Counted from the stretch's first letter, positions 17,696 to 30,500 are shown. The stretch: 64,000 bases of DNA from Spirochaetia bacterium (GCA_965198005.1 CBDAOI010000002.1:640001-704000), one strand, 5' to 3'. Notes: generated from the sequence alone by a model not told the origin. Numbers and translations are program-made.

Positions 17696-19960
17696 TCAGT
17701 TCCCAAAGCTCTCCAAGAAGCTCTCGAAGCGGCCGGCGGCTCGCTCTATCGACTCTTGCACCGCAAGGAGCGACACCCCCAGCCGATAGCGCTTCTGAGT
17801 GCCTGATCCCTTGTAGTCGGCTCGCTTTACCACGCTGCAGTCCTCAAGAGCTGGTAACACCTGCTTCGAAAACAAAGTCCAGTCCCTGCCCATGCGCTGC
17901 CTGAACGTGTTTTCGTTAACTCCTGTCGAGCGAAAGAACGCCCGGCACATCCGCTCCGTCAAGACCAGCCGAGCGTCCGGCTCGACCACCTCGATGGCTT
18001 CCTGCTCAAGTTCAGCCGCAGGTGTCGAGATGTCGAACCCGGCGTTCTTCAAGACTCTGAAGATCGTCGCAGGGGCGAAAATCGCCGCTCCTTGTGTCGA
18101 TTGAACTACGGCTAACACTTCGCAGTCGTGCAGACGCGATCGATCAACCCGATTCACTTCTGCCAAGTCGATCCGGCCGAATTGGCAGCGTTCAAAGAGA
18201 CAGTTGTCGATTGTCGATTCAGCAAGTTCGGTGCTCTGGAAGTAGCAGTCGTGGAACACCGCGCCAACTATGTGTCTCTTGCGCAATGAATTTACCGGAA
18301 ATGACATGCGCCTGGCGACAACACCTTCAGCGTCTAGAGCGTCAAGGATGCGCACCAACAGAGCCCCGGAGTTGTCCTTGACGAAAGACGCGTAGGGCTC
18401 AGGCGCACATGCGGCATTGAGAGTCTCTGCCAACTTGCGGAGTGGATGCTCATCGCGCGCCAGCCTGCGCTTGGCAACATCGACGGTCAATTCAGGAAAC
18501 CGTGCAATTCGGAATACGCGACGAAGTTCCGGCAGATCCCCCCTTCCCACAAGACGCGCAACTGATTCGCCGAGGAAGTAATGATAGAATTCATCGTGAC
18601 CGAATCCAAATGCCGTACCGCGCCCAGACGCCGATATGAGCGCATGCTGCCGAATACGATGCTTGATCTGCTTTGTGACCGGCGCGTCCATACGCTGATC
18701 TTCGACGTACAGCTCGGCCACATAGTCGAACACATCCGATGCCAGCATCGCTGTTTCGCTGAGCCACATCTCCGAGGCGATCTCGGCCAGGAGTTCGCAG
18801 TGTTGTCGCTCAGAGAGAAGGGGGTGTGCAACTGCTCCCGAACGATCGATCCACTTGTCGCGCGCCTCGCGGGAAATGATCGACTCGACAAATCGCTCGA
18901 AGTAGAGCTCTCCGTCCCCACCAATCTTCTCGATCAGATCGTCCCGTCCGGCGCTATCGGAAGCGACGTCCATCAGGCGCCGGACGAGCACCGGACGAGT
19001 GAGCAGCGGATGCGACTGATCATGGAGTTTGGCGGCCACCTGAGAGAACAATTCAGACCCGCCTGGGATACCTCGTTTCGCGGCATATTCGGCAAACCGG
19101 TCGCGGTCCCATTTTGACAGATGGATTCGTGCAAAATCCGCACGCTGGCCTTGGAAAGAATCGACCAGCGGAGCTTGTGTACGCAGATCCTTGTATTCGA
19201 AGTATGCGCTCCGGGCGGCAATGAGAATAGTCCCTCGGGAGTCGAGCAGGTTCATGAGATTACCGAGTGCGGTTACCGCGTCGCCCGCTTGGCTCTCCAC
19301 GAACATCTCTTCGAAACCATCCAGAGCGGGCACGATAGCCCCCTTCCTGACCATCCACACCAGTGCGTCATAGTAGAAGAACGGGAACCGCAGCCGATTG
19401 ACCAGGGTTCCGGTGAATACGTCGTCAAAACGGAGGAAGGGACGTCCGCCAAGCGCGATAGGCACCAGAAGCCAGTCGGTTGTCTTTTCCTTGTACCGTT
19501 GCGCTTGTTGTCGCGCAAGGTGATGGATCAGGGTCGTCTTTCCTTCTCCCGCGTCGCAGGTCAGATACACGCCGGTAGAGATTCCGGCCGGCCGCTCGTC
19601 GAGAAGCTCGAGGATGGGAGTAGTCACGGAGTCTACACTCGTTTCCACGTCATCGGGAGACCTGTCCATGCGGTCAAGTTTCTTGCCGGCGGGCTCGATG
19701 AAGTGAGGCTCCTCGGGTATGTATGAGAGGATTCTGTCGGCAAGAATCGGCAGTCTAGCGATCCGTTGGAAGATCCAATCCTCTGCCCTCTGGCTGGTGC
19801 CGTTCTCGTCTACCCAGAGGCCGTCGACACGCTCCGTAACCCTGGATTGTATGAGATCGTCTCTGATTTCGACAAGAAGCTCGCCATGCTCAATGTCTAC
19901 ATCGGCTGGTTTGTCAGCGAACGCTGTGAGGATGCTTCTGAATTCGTTAGTGTCCATCAT
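17696..19960 (-). CDS. NACHT/STAND-like NTPase with pentapeptide-repeat region
   Basis: Walker A DAGEGKTT, Walker B PALDGFEE, PLLTRP, F.H..F..YF; pentapeptide-like FHDCYFQSTELAESTIDNCLFERCQF. Confidence 0.75.
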   Translation of the reverse strand: MMDTNEFRSILTAFADKPADVDIEHGELLVEIRDDLIQSRVTERVDGLWVDENGTSQRAEDWIFQRIARLPILADRILSYIPEEPHFIEPAGKKLDRMDRSPDDVETSVDSVTTPILELLDERPAGISTGVYLTCDAGEGKTTLIHHLARQQAQRYKEKTTDWLLVPIALGGRPFLRFDDVFTGTLVNRLRFPFFYYDALVWMVRKGAIVPALDGFEEMFVESQAGDAVTALGNLMNLLDSRGTILIAARSAYFEYKDLRTQAPLVDSFQGQRADFARIHLSKWDRDRFAEYAAKRGIPGGSELFSQVAAKLHDQSHPLLTRPVLVRRLMDVASDSAGRDDLIEKIGGDGELYFERFVESIISREARDKWIDRSGAVAHPLLSERQHCELLAEIASEMWLSETAMLASDVFDYVAELYVEDQRMDAPVTKQIKHRIRQHALISASGRGTAFGFGHDEFYHYFLGESVARLVGRGDLPELRRVFRIARFPELTVDVAKRRLARDEHPLRKLAETLNAACAPEPYASFVKDNSGALLVRILDALDAEGVVARRMSFPVNSLRKRHIVGAVFHDCYFQSTELAESTIDNCLFERCQFGRIDLAEVNRVDRSRLHDCEVLAVVQSTQGAAIFAPATIFRVLKNAGFDISTPAAELEQEAIEVVEPDARLVLTERMCRAFFRSTGVNENTFRQRMGRDWTLFSKQVLPALEDCSVVKRADYKGSGTQKRYRLGVSLLAVQESIERAAGRFESFLESFGN

Positions 19961-20676
19961 GTAACTCGCGGCAAGAGGCTAAGCTCTACGTAATTGGCCC
20001 TGCCGCCCCGCCGGTAATCGGGCCTTGTGCTGTGTCCCGCCACCGTATGTACATGGACGACACCGACACCGAACTGGAGCGCAGTATTGATCGCAGGCCA
20101 CAGGTCGTCGTCGGAGGATACGACGGCAATCTGCTCGGCGTTCGCATATACGTTGAAGAACACGTCAGCGGACAGCATCGTATCGACGAGCTTCTGTTCG
20201 CGACGCCGGACAATAAGCCTGCTCGTCACTGGGCAACTCTGCTCGGGGCACTCTCCTCGCACGAAGAAGTCAAAGCTCGGACGAAGCGGGCAACTACCGG
20301 CCAGTTGGCAGCCGGCCACTGTTGGATCCGTGAATTCGAGCCAGCGCGGGGCCGTCTTCGATCGTAACGTGTACACTATGTGGTGCGCCGGATCACACCG
20401 CATGCTGTAGGCAAGTTCGACGTTCACCATGAGCGCGCGCCGATCGTCGTTCAACGGGACCAGTGTCGGGCCGGGCAGTTCCCTCTCCATCTGTTGCGCA
20501 TCGCGCGTAGGAGAAGTCTCCTCGTACCACCCGCCGTAGAATCGGAGGTCCACTCGGCGTTCGCGTGCAGCTATGTAGTTGGGAACGATTGCCGACATGA
20601 TCCGGTTTATGAGGTAGGCGATGCCCTTGCGACGTTCTTGCTGCGGAATGTTGTAGTAGTCGACCAGAACGTCCAT
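19957..20676 (-). CDS. NYN/PIN-like nuclease with Cys-rich insert
   Basis: LVDYYN, RFYGGW, EQKLVDTML..D, VVSSDDDLWP acidic motifs; insert C-x5-C...C-x4-C; ATG at 20676. Confidence 0.75.
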   Translation of the reverse strand: MDVLVDYYNIPQQERRKGIAYLINRIMSAIVPNYIAARERRVDLRFYGGWYEETSPTRDAQQMERELPGPTLVPLNDDRRALMVNVELAYSMRCDPAHHIVYTLRSKTAPRWLEFTDPTVAGCQLAGSCPLRPSFDFFVRGECPEQSCPVTSRLIVRRREQKLVDTMLSADVFFNVYANAEQIAVVSSDDDLWPAINTALQFGVGVVHVHTVAGHSTRPDYRRGGRANYVELSLLPRVT

Positions 20677-20696
20677 GCGGCACGGGCGCCTGTTTC

Positions 20697-21272
20697 CTAG
20701 CCGGTTTCGGCCGATACGACTTCGATCTCGGGGTTTACTTCGTCGCGGAGCACGCTCTGGACGGCCTGCAGGGTGCCCGACACCGAGGCCGGGCAGGTTC
20801 CGCAGGCGCCGACGTAGCTCACCACGACGCGGTTGTTCTCGTAGGCCAGCACGTCCAGGTCGCCGCCGTCGCCCTGCAGGTAGGGGCGCACGGTGCGGTC
20901 CAGCACCTCCTCGATGCGCTGCACCTCGGGCGGCTGGTCGTCGCGCACGTGGCTCACCGGCCCGCCGCTGCCGGCAGCGGCAATCTCGAAGCCGGGATCG
21001 TGCTCCTCGACGTGGTTGGTCAGCACCTGCTTGACCCAATCGGCCACGTCCTCCCACGGCGCCTCGGCGATCTTGGTCACCGTCACCACGTTCTCGAACA
21101 GATGCACCTGCTCCACCACCACCAGGGCAAACAGCGCCTCCACCAGCGGGATGCCTTTCGCCTCCTCGGTGCTGCGGAAGGTCACCTTGCCGGTGGACTT
21201 CACGTCGCGGTTGAGGATGAACTTCATCGCGTCCGGGTTGGGGGTGAATTGGGTCAGTATTGCCACGCCCAT
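20697..21272 (-). CDS. NifU/NfuA-family Fe-S carrier (Nfu_N + NifU_C)
   Basis: TPNPDAMKF; VRPYLQGDGGD..GACGTCP. Confidence 0.92.
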   Translation of the reverse strand: MGVAILTQFTPNPDAMKFILNRDVKSTGKVTFRSTEEAKGIPLVEALFALVVVEQVHLFENVVTVTKIAEAPWEDVADWVKQVLTNHVEEHDPGFEIAAAGSGGPVSHVRDDQPPEVQRIEEVLDRTVRPYLQGDGGDLDVLAYENNRVVVSYVGACGTCPASVSGTLQAVQSVLRDEVNPEIEVVSAETG

Positions 21273-21284
21273 GTCGCTTCTCCT

Positions 21285-21323
21285 TTAATCCTGCGCCTTA
21301 ATCCTGCGCCTTAATCCTGGGCC
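21285..21323. repeat. 13-bp tandem repeat x3 covering the sufU stop codon
   Basis: TTAATCCTGCGCC TTAATCCTGCGCC TTAATCCTGGGCC. Confidence 0.9.
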
Positions 21324-21778
21324 GCCTCGGTGGTGGCCCGGCCCTGGCCGTCGAGGGCGCTCCGCAGTGTATGCCAGGGCAGCGTAGCGCACTTGACGCG
21401 CGCGGGAAACTGCCGGATGCCGCCGAATACCTTGAGCTTGCCGAGCTGATGCGGGTCGCGCGCCGGGTCCAGGTCGCCGGTCACCAGCCCCCGGAACTGC
21501 TCCAGCAGCCGTTCCGCCGCGTCCCGCGCGCGGCCCTTCACCGCGTCGGTCATCATGCTTGCCGAGGCCTTGGAGATGGCGCACCCGGAGCCCTGGAAGC
21601 GGATGTCGGTGATGGTGCCGTCGGCGGCCAGCTTCACCGCCACCTCGTACCGGTCGCCGCACAGGGGGTTGTGCCCCTCCGCGTGGTGGGTGTGACGCTC
21701 CAGCGCGCCCCAGTTGCGCGGCGTGCGGTTGTGATCGAGAATCACCTGCTGGTACAGTTCGCTGGCCGGCGTGCTCAC
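21311..21778 (-). CDS. sufU: SUF system NifU-family protein
   Basis: LYQQVILDH, NPLCGD, GCAISKAS, RVKCATLPW; GTG start overlaps the sufS stop. Confidence 0.93.
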   Translation of the reverse strand: MSTPASELYQQVILDHNRTPRNWGALERHTHHAEGHNPLCGDRYEVAVKLAADGTITDIRFQGSGCAISKASASMMTDAVKGRARDAAERLLEQFRGLVTGDLDPARDPHQLGKLKVFGGIRQFPARVKCATLPWHTLRSALDGQGRATTEAAQD

Positions 21779-23052
21779 GCGAATACCTCGCTCACCTTGG
21801 CGACCGCGCGCGCCAGCGCCGCCACGTCGGAGCTGTCGTTGTACACCGAGAACGCCGCGCGCGCGGTGGCGGGCACCCCGAACCGCTCCATCACCGGCTG
21901 GGTGCAGTGGTGGCCGGTGCGCAGCGCGACCCCCTCCTGATCGGCGATGGTGCCGACGTCGTGGGCATGCACGTCGCCCACGGTGAAGGAGATGATCGCC
22001 GACTTGTGCGCCGCGGTGCCGATGATACGCACCCCGTCGATCGCCTCGAGCGCGGCCGTGGCCTCCGCCAGCAGCCGCTGCTCGTGGCGACGGATGCGCT
22101 CCAGGCCGACGCCTTCGATCCACTCCAGCGCCGCTCCCAGCCCGATCACGCCGGCGATGTGCGGCGTGCCCGCTTCCAGCCGGTTGGGCAGGTCGGCGTA
22201 GGTGGTCTTGGCGAAGGTGACCGACTTGATCATGTCGCCGCCGCCGCGCAACGGCGGCATCGCCTCCAGCAGCTCGCGCTTGCCGTACAGCAGGCCGATG
22301 CCGGTGGGACCGAACAGCTTGTGCCCCGAGCAGCCGTAGAAGTCGACGTCCAGCGCCGCCACGTCCAGCGGCAGATGCGCCGCCGCCTGCGCGCCGTCCA
22401 GCAGCACGCGCGCGCCGACCGCATGGGCAGCCTCGACCAGCTCCGCGGCCGGGTTGATGGTGCCCAGCGAGTTGGACACGTGCACCGCCGCCACCAGCTT
22501 CGTGCGCGGCCCGAGCAGCTCCAGCAGCGCCGCCCACTCCAGCTCGCCGCGGTCCGAGATCGGCGCCACCCGCAGCACCGCGCCGGTGCGCTCGGCCAGC
22601 ATCTGCCACGGCACGATGTTGGAGTGATGCTCCATGTGCGTGATCACCACCTCGTCGCCGGGGCCCAGGTTGGCGCCGCCCCAGGCCAGCGCCACCAGGT
22701 TGATCGAGTCGGTGGTGCCGCTGGTGAAGATGATTTCTTCAGGCTCGGCGGTGCCGAGGAATGCCTGCGCCTGCTCGCGGACGTGCTCGTAGGCGAGGGT
22801 GGCCTGCTCGCTCAGGTAGTGGACACCGCGGTGGATGTTGGCGGTCTCGGCCGCGTAGTGCCGGTACAGGCGGTCGATCACCGCCCGCGGCTTGAGCGTG
22901 GTGGCGGCGTTGTCCAGATACACCAGCGGCCGGCCGTGCACCTCCCGCTCCAGCACGGGGAACTGGGCGCGGATGGCGGCCACGTCCAACGCGGCGGCCG
23001 GCGCCGTGGGGGTCGTGGTCGCGGCGGTCGTGGTCGTGGAGACGGTACTCAT
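21775..23052 (-). CDS. sufS: Cysteine desulfurase
   Basis: YLDNAATT, EHHSN, SGHKLFGPTG, RTGHHC. Confidence 0.95.
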   Translation of the reverse strand: MSTVSTTTTAATTTPTAPAAALDVAAIRAQFPVLEREVHGRPLVYLDNAATTLKPRAVIDRLYRHYAAETANIHRGVHYLSEQATLAYEHVREQAQAFLGTAEPEEIIFTSGTTDSINLVALAWGGANLGPGDEVVITHMEHHSNIVPWQMLAERTGAVLRVAPISDRGELEWAALLELLGPRTKLVAAVHVSNSLGTINPAAELVEAAHAVGARVLLDGAQAAAHLPLDVAALDVDFYGCSGHKLFGPTGIGLLYGKRELLEAMPPLRGGGDMIKSVTFAKTTYADLPNRLEAGTPHIAGVIGLGAALEWIEGVGLERIRRHEQRLLAEATAALEAIDGVRIIGTAAHKSAIISFTVGDVHAHDVGTIADQEGVALRTGHHCTQPVMERFGVPATARAAFSVYNDSSDVAALARAVAKVSEVFA

Positions 23053-24695
23053 GCCGGTGCGCTCCATGCGAGGCGGTCCAGGCGCCGGTGCAGCAGCTCC
23101 AGCAGGCGCGGGCGCAGCCCTGCTGCCGGCAAATCGCCCACCACCTCGTCCAGGAAACCGCGCGCCAGCATCTGCCCGGCCGCGGGCCGCGGGATGCCGC
23201 GGGTCTGCAGGTAGAACATCTGATCCTCGTTGAGGCGGCCGGTGGTGGCGCCGTGGGTGCAGCGCACGTCGTCGGCGCCGATCTCGAGCTGCGGCTTGGC
23301 GTAGACCACCGCGTCGTCCAGCAGCAGGTTCCGGTTGAGCTGGAAGGCGTCGGTCTGCTGCGCCGCCGGGCGCACCAGGATGCGCCCGGCGAACACGCCG
23401 TGGCCGCCGGCGCCCAGCACCATCTTGTACAACTGGCGGCTGGCGCAACTCGGGGCGGCGTGCTCCAGGTAGGTGTGGTTGTCGATCACCTGCGGCGTTG
23501 GCGCGGGTGCGCTGCCGGCAGCCGGGCCACCGGCGGGCGCGCCGCCGAGGACCGTGCCGCCGGCCACCGCCGCCCCGCCCAGACGGCTGGCGGTGCCCGG
23601 ACCCGCCGCCAGCAGGTTGAGGGTGTGCCGCGCCAGCCGGGCGCCGGCCGCCACGCTCAGCGCGTGCAGCTCGCTGTCCCGCTCCTGCACCACCGTGGTG
23701 CTGCCCAGGTCGAAGGCGCCTTCCGCCGCGGCCTGCACCCGGACGTAGGTCAGCGCCGAGCCGGCGCCGAGCCGGATCTCGGTGTCGCCGCAGGTCAGGG
23801 CGGGCGCGCCGCCCCCCGCGTGGCCGGCCGTGCCGCCGGCAGCCGGGGCAAAGGTCTCCACCAGCGTGACCCGCGCGCCGGCGGCGATCCGGATCCGCAC
23901 CCGCGGCGCGCTCAGCACCCCGGCCTCGGTCAGATGCACCAGGTGCACCGGCGCCGCGCCGGCCGCGGCGTCCAGCCGCAGCTCGACGGCGCCCCCGAAC
24001 ACGCGCGCCAACCGGGTGAAGGCATTGCCCGTGGGCCGGGTGAAGGTGCTGCCCGCCGCCGGCGCCGAACCGTCCGCAGGCGCGGTGCCGGCGGCAGGGC
24101 AGGTGCCGTCCCCCGTGCCGATGGGGACGACGACCTGCACGCCCGGAACCACCGTCGCCGGTGCGGCACCACCATCGTGCCAGCCGTCGCGCGGCGCGCC
24201 GTCACGGTTCCCCGCGGCGCGGCCGGCTGCGGCATCGTCTCCCGCCGTGGCGCCGTTACCGGTATCGGGGTCACTGGCGGCACCTGTACCGGCGCGCGCC
24301 GCGCTGCCGCCGCCCGCGGCCGCGCCGTTCACCGTCACCAGGGCGACCGGCTCCCCGGCCACGAGCGCCTTCGCCACCCCGTCGAGCGCGACCGGCCCCG
24401 CCACGCCGCGCCCCAGCCGGTAGGTCTGCTCCACCACCGCCCGCACCGGCGTATGCGCCCACTCCTCGTCGTGGCGCAGCGGGAACCCGGCGGCTGCCAG
24501 TTCCTCCAGCGCCGCGGCCCGCGCCGCCGCGTCCGCGGCATCCACCGCCAACCCGGCGCCGTGCTCCCGGTACAGCTCCTGGAACTGCGCCACGTACGGC
24601 GCCGCCCCGTCGCTGCCCGCCGCCACGCCCGCGCTAGCCGTCACCGCGCCCTGCGCCACCGCCGCGCGCTCGGCCACGGCGCCTGCCTCAGCCAT
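23049..24695 (-). CDS. sufD: Fe-S cluster assembly protein SufD, with Ala/Gly-rich insertions
   Basis: EEW..T, F.GRILV..AQQTDAFQ..RNLLL, KPQLEI.ADDVRCTHGAT, FYLQTRGI. Confidence 0.88.
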   Translation of the reverse strand: MAEAGAVAERAAVAQGAVTASAGVAAGSDGAAPYVAQFQELYREHGAGLAVDAADAAARAAALEELAAAGFPLRHDEEWAHTPVRAVVEQTYRLGRGVAGPVALDGVAKALVAGEPVALVTVNGAAAGGGSAARAGTGAASDPDTGNGATAGDDAAAGRAAGNRDGAPRDGWHDGGAAPATVVPGVQVVVPIGTGDGTCPAAGTAPADGSAPAAGSTFTRPTGNAFTRLARVFGGAVELRLDAAAGAAPVHLVHLTEAGVLSAPRVRIRIAAGARVTLVETFAPAAGGTAGHAGGGAPALTCGDTEIRLGAGSALTYVRVQAAAEGAFDLGSTTVVQERDSELHALSVAAGARLARHTLNLLAAGPGTASRLGGAAVAGGTVLGGAPAGGPAAGSAPAPTPQVIDNHTYLEHAAPSCASRQLYKMVLGAGGHGVFAGRILVRPAAQQTDAFQLNRNLLLDDAVVYAKPQLEIGADDVRCTHGATTGRLNEDQMFYLQTRGIPRPAAGQMLARGFLDEVVGDLPAAGLRPRLLELLHRRLDRLAWSAPA

Positions 24696-25476
24696 CAGCG
24701 CGCCGCCGTCCCGTTGACCAGCCATTCGTAGCCGCGCTCCTCGATCTCCAGGGCCAGCTCGCGGTCGCCGCTGCGGATGATGCGGCCGTCGTACATCACG
24801 TGCACGCGGTCCGGGATCACGAAATTGAGCACGCGCTGGTAGTGGGTGATCAGGATGAACGCGTTCTCGGCGTGGCGCAGTTGGTCGATGCCGTGGGCCA
24901 CCGCCTTCAGCGCGTCGATGTCCAGGCCGGAATCGGTCTCGTCCAGGATCGCCAGCCGCGGCGCCAGCAGCGCAAGCTGCAGAATCTCATTGCGCTTCTT
25001 CTCGCCGCCGGAGAAATCGACGTTGACGTCGCGGGCGGCGAACTCCTCCGCCATCCCCAACAGCCGCAGCTTCTCCAGCAGCAACTCCTCGAAGTCGAGC
25101 GGATCCAGCTCCGGCAGCCCCTGCGACACCGCGATCTCGTTGTAGGCCGCGCGCAGGAACACCGCGTTGCTTACCCCGGGGATCTCGACCGGATACTGGA
25201 AGCTGATGAACACGCCGTTCTTGGCGCGCTCGTCCGGCTCCATCGCCAGCAAGTCGCGCGGGCGCAGGTTGACCTCGTAGCTCACGCCGCCGCCGGTCAC
25301 CTCGTAGGAGGGATGGCCGCCGATCACCCGCGCCAGGGTGCTCTTGCCGGAGCCGTTGGGGCCCATGATCGCGTGCACCTCGCCCGCCTGCACCTCCAGG
25401 TCGATGCCCTGCAGGATCGGAATCACGCTGCCGTTGTCGGCCTTCACGGCCGCGCTCAAGTCGTTGATCCTGACCA

Positions 25477-25477
<1 letters not shown>
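24695..25477 (-). CDS. sufC: Fe-S cluster assembly ATPase
   Basis: GPNGSGKS, FQYPVEIPGV, FSGGEKKRNE, LDETDSGLD. Confidence 0.96.
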
Positions 25478-26957
<1,480 letters not shown>

Positions 26958-26967
<10 letters not shown>

Positions 26968-27467
26968 ACCAACTCCTCCTCCGGCACTTGGTGGCGTGCC
27001 GGCACTCGGTGGCGTACCGGCACTGCGTGGCGGGCGCGGATCGCCGCCTCCTGCGGTTCCTCGGCGTGCAGCAACTCTTCCAGGCTCATGCTGTGGAACA
27101 ACGCCTCGATACGATTGCTCAGCCGGACGACGGGCGAGATCACGTTGCAACACTCGGCGAGCTGGCAGCGCACCCGGTCGTGATGCAGGCAGTAGGAAAA
27201 CTGCATCGGCCCCACCACCGCCTCCGACAGCTCCCCGAAGGTGACGTCGGTCAGGCGCCGCGCGAGCTGGTAGCCGCCGTGGGCGCCCTGCGCGGACCGC
27301 AGCACCCCCGCCGCGGCGAGGTTCTGCAGCACCTTGGACAGGATCGGAAACGTCACCTGGTAGGTGGCGCACAGGTCCTTGGCCGAAACCACCTGTTCCG
27401 GCTGCCGCAGGCGCATATGCTGCAGCGCCATCAACGCGTACTCCACCTTCCGACTGATCTTAACCAT
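26958..27467 (-). CDS. Rrf2-family transcriptional regulator (IscR/SufR-like)
   Basis: [18 protein letters not shown], Cys cluster [15 protein letters not shown]; first gene of the suf operon. Confidence 0.9.
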
Positions 27468-27478
27468 CGTCGTCCCCA

Positions 27479-27501
27479 AATACGACCTTATTGGTCGCAT
27501 T
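27479..27501. promoter_or_regulatory. Putative Rrf2 operator
   Basis: Imperfect palindrome AATACGACC-TTATT-GGTCGCATT ~12 bp upstream of the Rrf2 start. Confidence 0.55.
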
Positions 27502-27563
27502 TGAAGTATATGCCCACCACCACCACGGAGTCAACAGGTTGGTGGCCTAGAGCGGTCGCAGGT

Positions 27564-30500
27564 TCATAGCTCCAGAATGTCCTTGAGGGTCCGGCTTGGC
27601 AACTGGCCCGTGGGAAGCGGGGACTCCGGCGGTTTGAATAGCGGATTGCCGGGCGACCACAGCTCTACGCTTTCGGCGTGCTCCTCGTAGTAGGCGGGAT
27701 CGGTGGTGACGCGCACCGGTTCGGTCATTCCTGGAGCCCGCAGGCCGTATTCGCGGTGTCTCAGCGGTTGTATCTCGGTGCCCGTGGGCAACAGGTCGGA
27801 AGAAGCGATTACCCGATCGAGGTCGTTCATGGTGATCGGCGATGGGGGCCGCTCCGGTATGGTGAGATCGTCGGTCAGTACGGCGTCGATATCGAAGCCG
27901 GCGTCGGCTGCGACGCAGGCGTTCTATCTTAGCGACGAGGTCGGCACTACCCTCGCCCTGGCGCGTGGACTCGGGTAGCACGGCTCTGGTGATGGCCTGC
28001 GGCAGCTCGGCCAGGATCGGTTGCAGGTGCCCGACCACGGTCTCGAACAAGCCGATGCGGGTTCTGAGAGCACGGTATACGTCGGTCTCGACGGTGCCGT
28101 CGTAGTGCAGGTTGACGATGCGTATGGTGGCGTGGGTCTGACCGACACGGTCGATGCGACCGATCCGTTGCTCGACCCGCATCGGGTTCCACGGCATGTC
28201 GTAGTTGATCACCGCTCCACAGAACTGGAAGTTCAGTCCCTCGGCGGCGGCGTCGGTGCAGAGCAGGACGTCGGCCTCGGTCGCACGAGTCAATGATGCG
28301 CCACGTACCGTCCGCGGACGAAATCTCTCCACCACGGCCCGAGAAACACATCAGGCGCCTGCTGCCACCGGTACCCAGTTGGTCACGCAGGAAGTCCATC
28401 GTGTCGGTGTATTGGGTGAACACCATCACCTGCTGGTAACCGTCGCAGTGCAACTCGGCCAGGGTCTCCCGCAGGCGCTCGCACTTGCTGTCCGCCGGCA
28501 ACATCCGGACGCGGGCGAGTAGATGCTCGATGTCTGCCCGTTCCTCGGCGGCCAAGGCTTGCCGCTCGCGCTCCGCAACCTCATCGGCGTCGACGGCTCA
28601 TCTGCCGTTTCGTCATCCGGCGCATCTTCGTCGAGACCGGACACGAACGGGTCGGCGCCTCTCCTGATCATCGCAAGATGCCGCTCCAGGGTCGTACGCA
28701 GCGCCTGAAAACTGCTGGCAAGCCTGCGCCGATAGATCGTCATCACGAACCCGACCGCCGACCGCTCCGTGGCCGTTGCCTGATTCCAAGTTCCGGCGAT
28801 ATAGGCCTCCACTGCCGCATAGAGTTCCCGCTCGTCCGCGGTCATCTCGATGAAACGATCATCGACCTGTCGTTGCGCGATCGGGGTCGAGAGCATGCCG
28901 GCGTCGAAGTAGCGGCGCAGCAACGCGCGCGTATGGCGTGAGATCAGGTGCCGGATCGGCGTATGCGTACGCAGGATTTCCAGGGCAGCACGCCGCTCCG
29001 GAGTCGCCAGCCGCCGGCGCGGAATGCCCGCCTCGTCGCGCAGGGCACGCAGCACCTTGCTGGTCTTCAGCCGCGACAGACCGGTGAGACGAGCCGCGTC
29101 CTCCGGGTCGGCGGCGCCATATGCCCGTTCGACCGCCTGGAACATCCACGCCATGCGGTCCAGCGCCTCCGGCGGCGGGTTCGGCTGCGCAACATCGTCG
29201 AAGAAGCGGAGAAACGCCTCGTCCGTCCATTCCGGCGGCAACCCCAGCAGGCTCAGCAGATCCCATACTTCGACGGGATGCACCTGCATCGGGGTGGCGG
29301 TCAGCAATACGAGCCCCTCGGTACGCTCCATGAGTTCCCGCATCAGGCGCAACAAGGCGTTCGCGCCGCCCTCGCGGGCTGAACCTGCCGCGCGCCGGCG
29401 GGCATGATGAGCCTCGTCGAGCACGACCAGATCCCACGGCTGAGCGTCCTGCAGGAGTTCGGACGCCCGATCACGGCGCCGCAGCAGGTGGCTGGACGCG
29501 ATCACCACCGGTTCGCGGTGCCACTCCCGGGGGTCGACCTCGCGCTCGTAAGCCTCGCGCAGAGCGGGCGAGCGATACCACGACAGTTTGCGGCCGTCGT
29601 AGATCGGCCAGTTGAGATTGAATTTCTCGCGCAGCTCGATCTGCCACTGCCGCAGCACCGCCTTTGGAGCCAGGATCAGAATTCGCCGCGCCCGCCCGGC
29701 AAGCCACGCTTGCCGCAGCAGCATACCCGCCTGGATGGTCTTCCCGAGACCCACCTCGTCGGCGATCAGAAGTTTCGGCGGCCACTGCGCATACAGACGT
29801 TCGAATGCCCGCACCTGATGCGGCCAGGGCGTCACGGCGGCCGTTGCTTCCCCGACACGGGACCCGTAGCTCTGTGCAGGCGCCTCGCGGATGAACGTCC
29901 AAACCAGACCCCGCCGATCGACCGCCGGCTTCACAGCGGCAGGATCGAGTGCCGGAGTCCTGGGTTGTGCGCCCGGCACATGATCACCGAGGCTCGACTC
30001 CTGCGCCTTCAGGCGCGCGGGCAAATCGTACTCAGGCATGAACCGCATCAGATCGCGGCGCACCGCCTCGGGGACGTCGAGCACGATCACCCGTCCGGAG
30101 CGACCGGCCCAGAGCCGCGCGAAGTTTCCTTCTTCGTGCGTGACGCGTTCCGGCTCCGTTCCCCAACTGGTATAGACGTTGATGCTCTCCCAGTTGTGGC
30201 GCCAGCCGGCCGGGGTTTCGTTCAAGCTCCCATTCCAGGCGATCCGGTGACCGCCATGGTCCTGGATGATGCCCGCTTTCTCATGAAAGATTCCGTCGCT
30301 CGGGATCGGCGTGCGGTCGGCGGCGCACGGGACCGCCACCTTCACCGAGAGATGGCCGCCCGCGATCATCCAGGAGAGCAGTTCGAGGGCGCCGGCCGCC
30401 ACCGCATCAACAGGAGTGAGCGGTGCCGCGCACAGGTGCCGCTCTACCGTATCGCGCAGCCTCTCACCGCGTTCGATGGCCGCGATCTCCGCCTCTTCGA

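Noticed and set aside
19957-21057. 366-aa version of the NYN ORF, and similarly extended sufU/sufS/sufB starts
   Set aside because: Extensions overlap upstream genes in another frame; downstream starts give normal coupling
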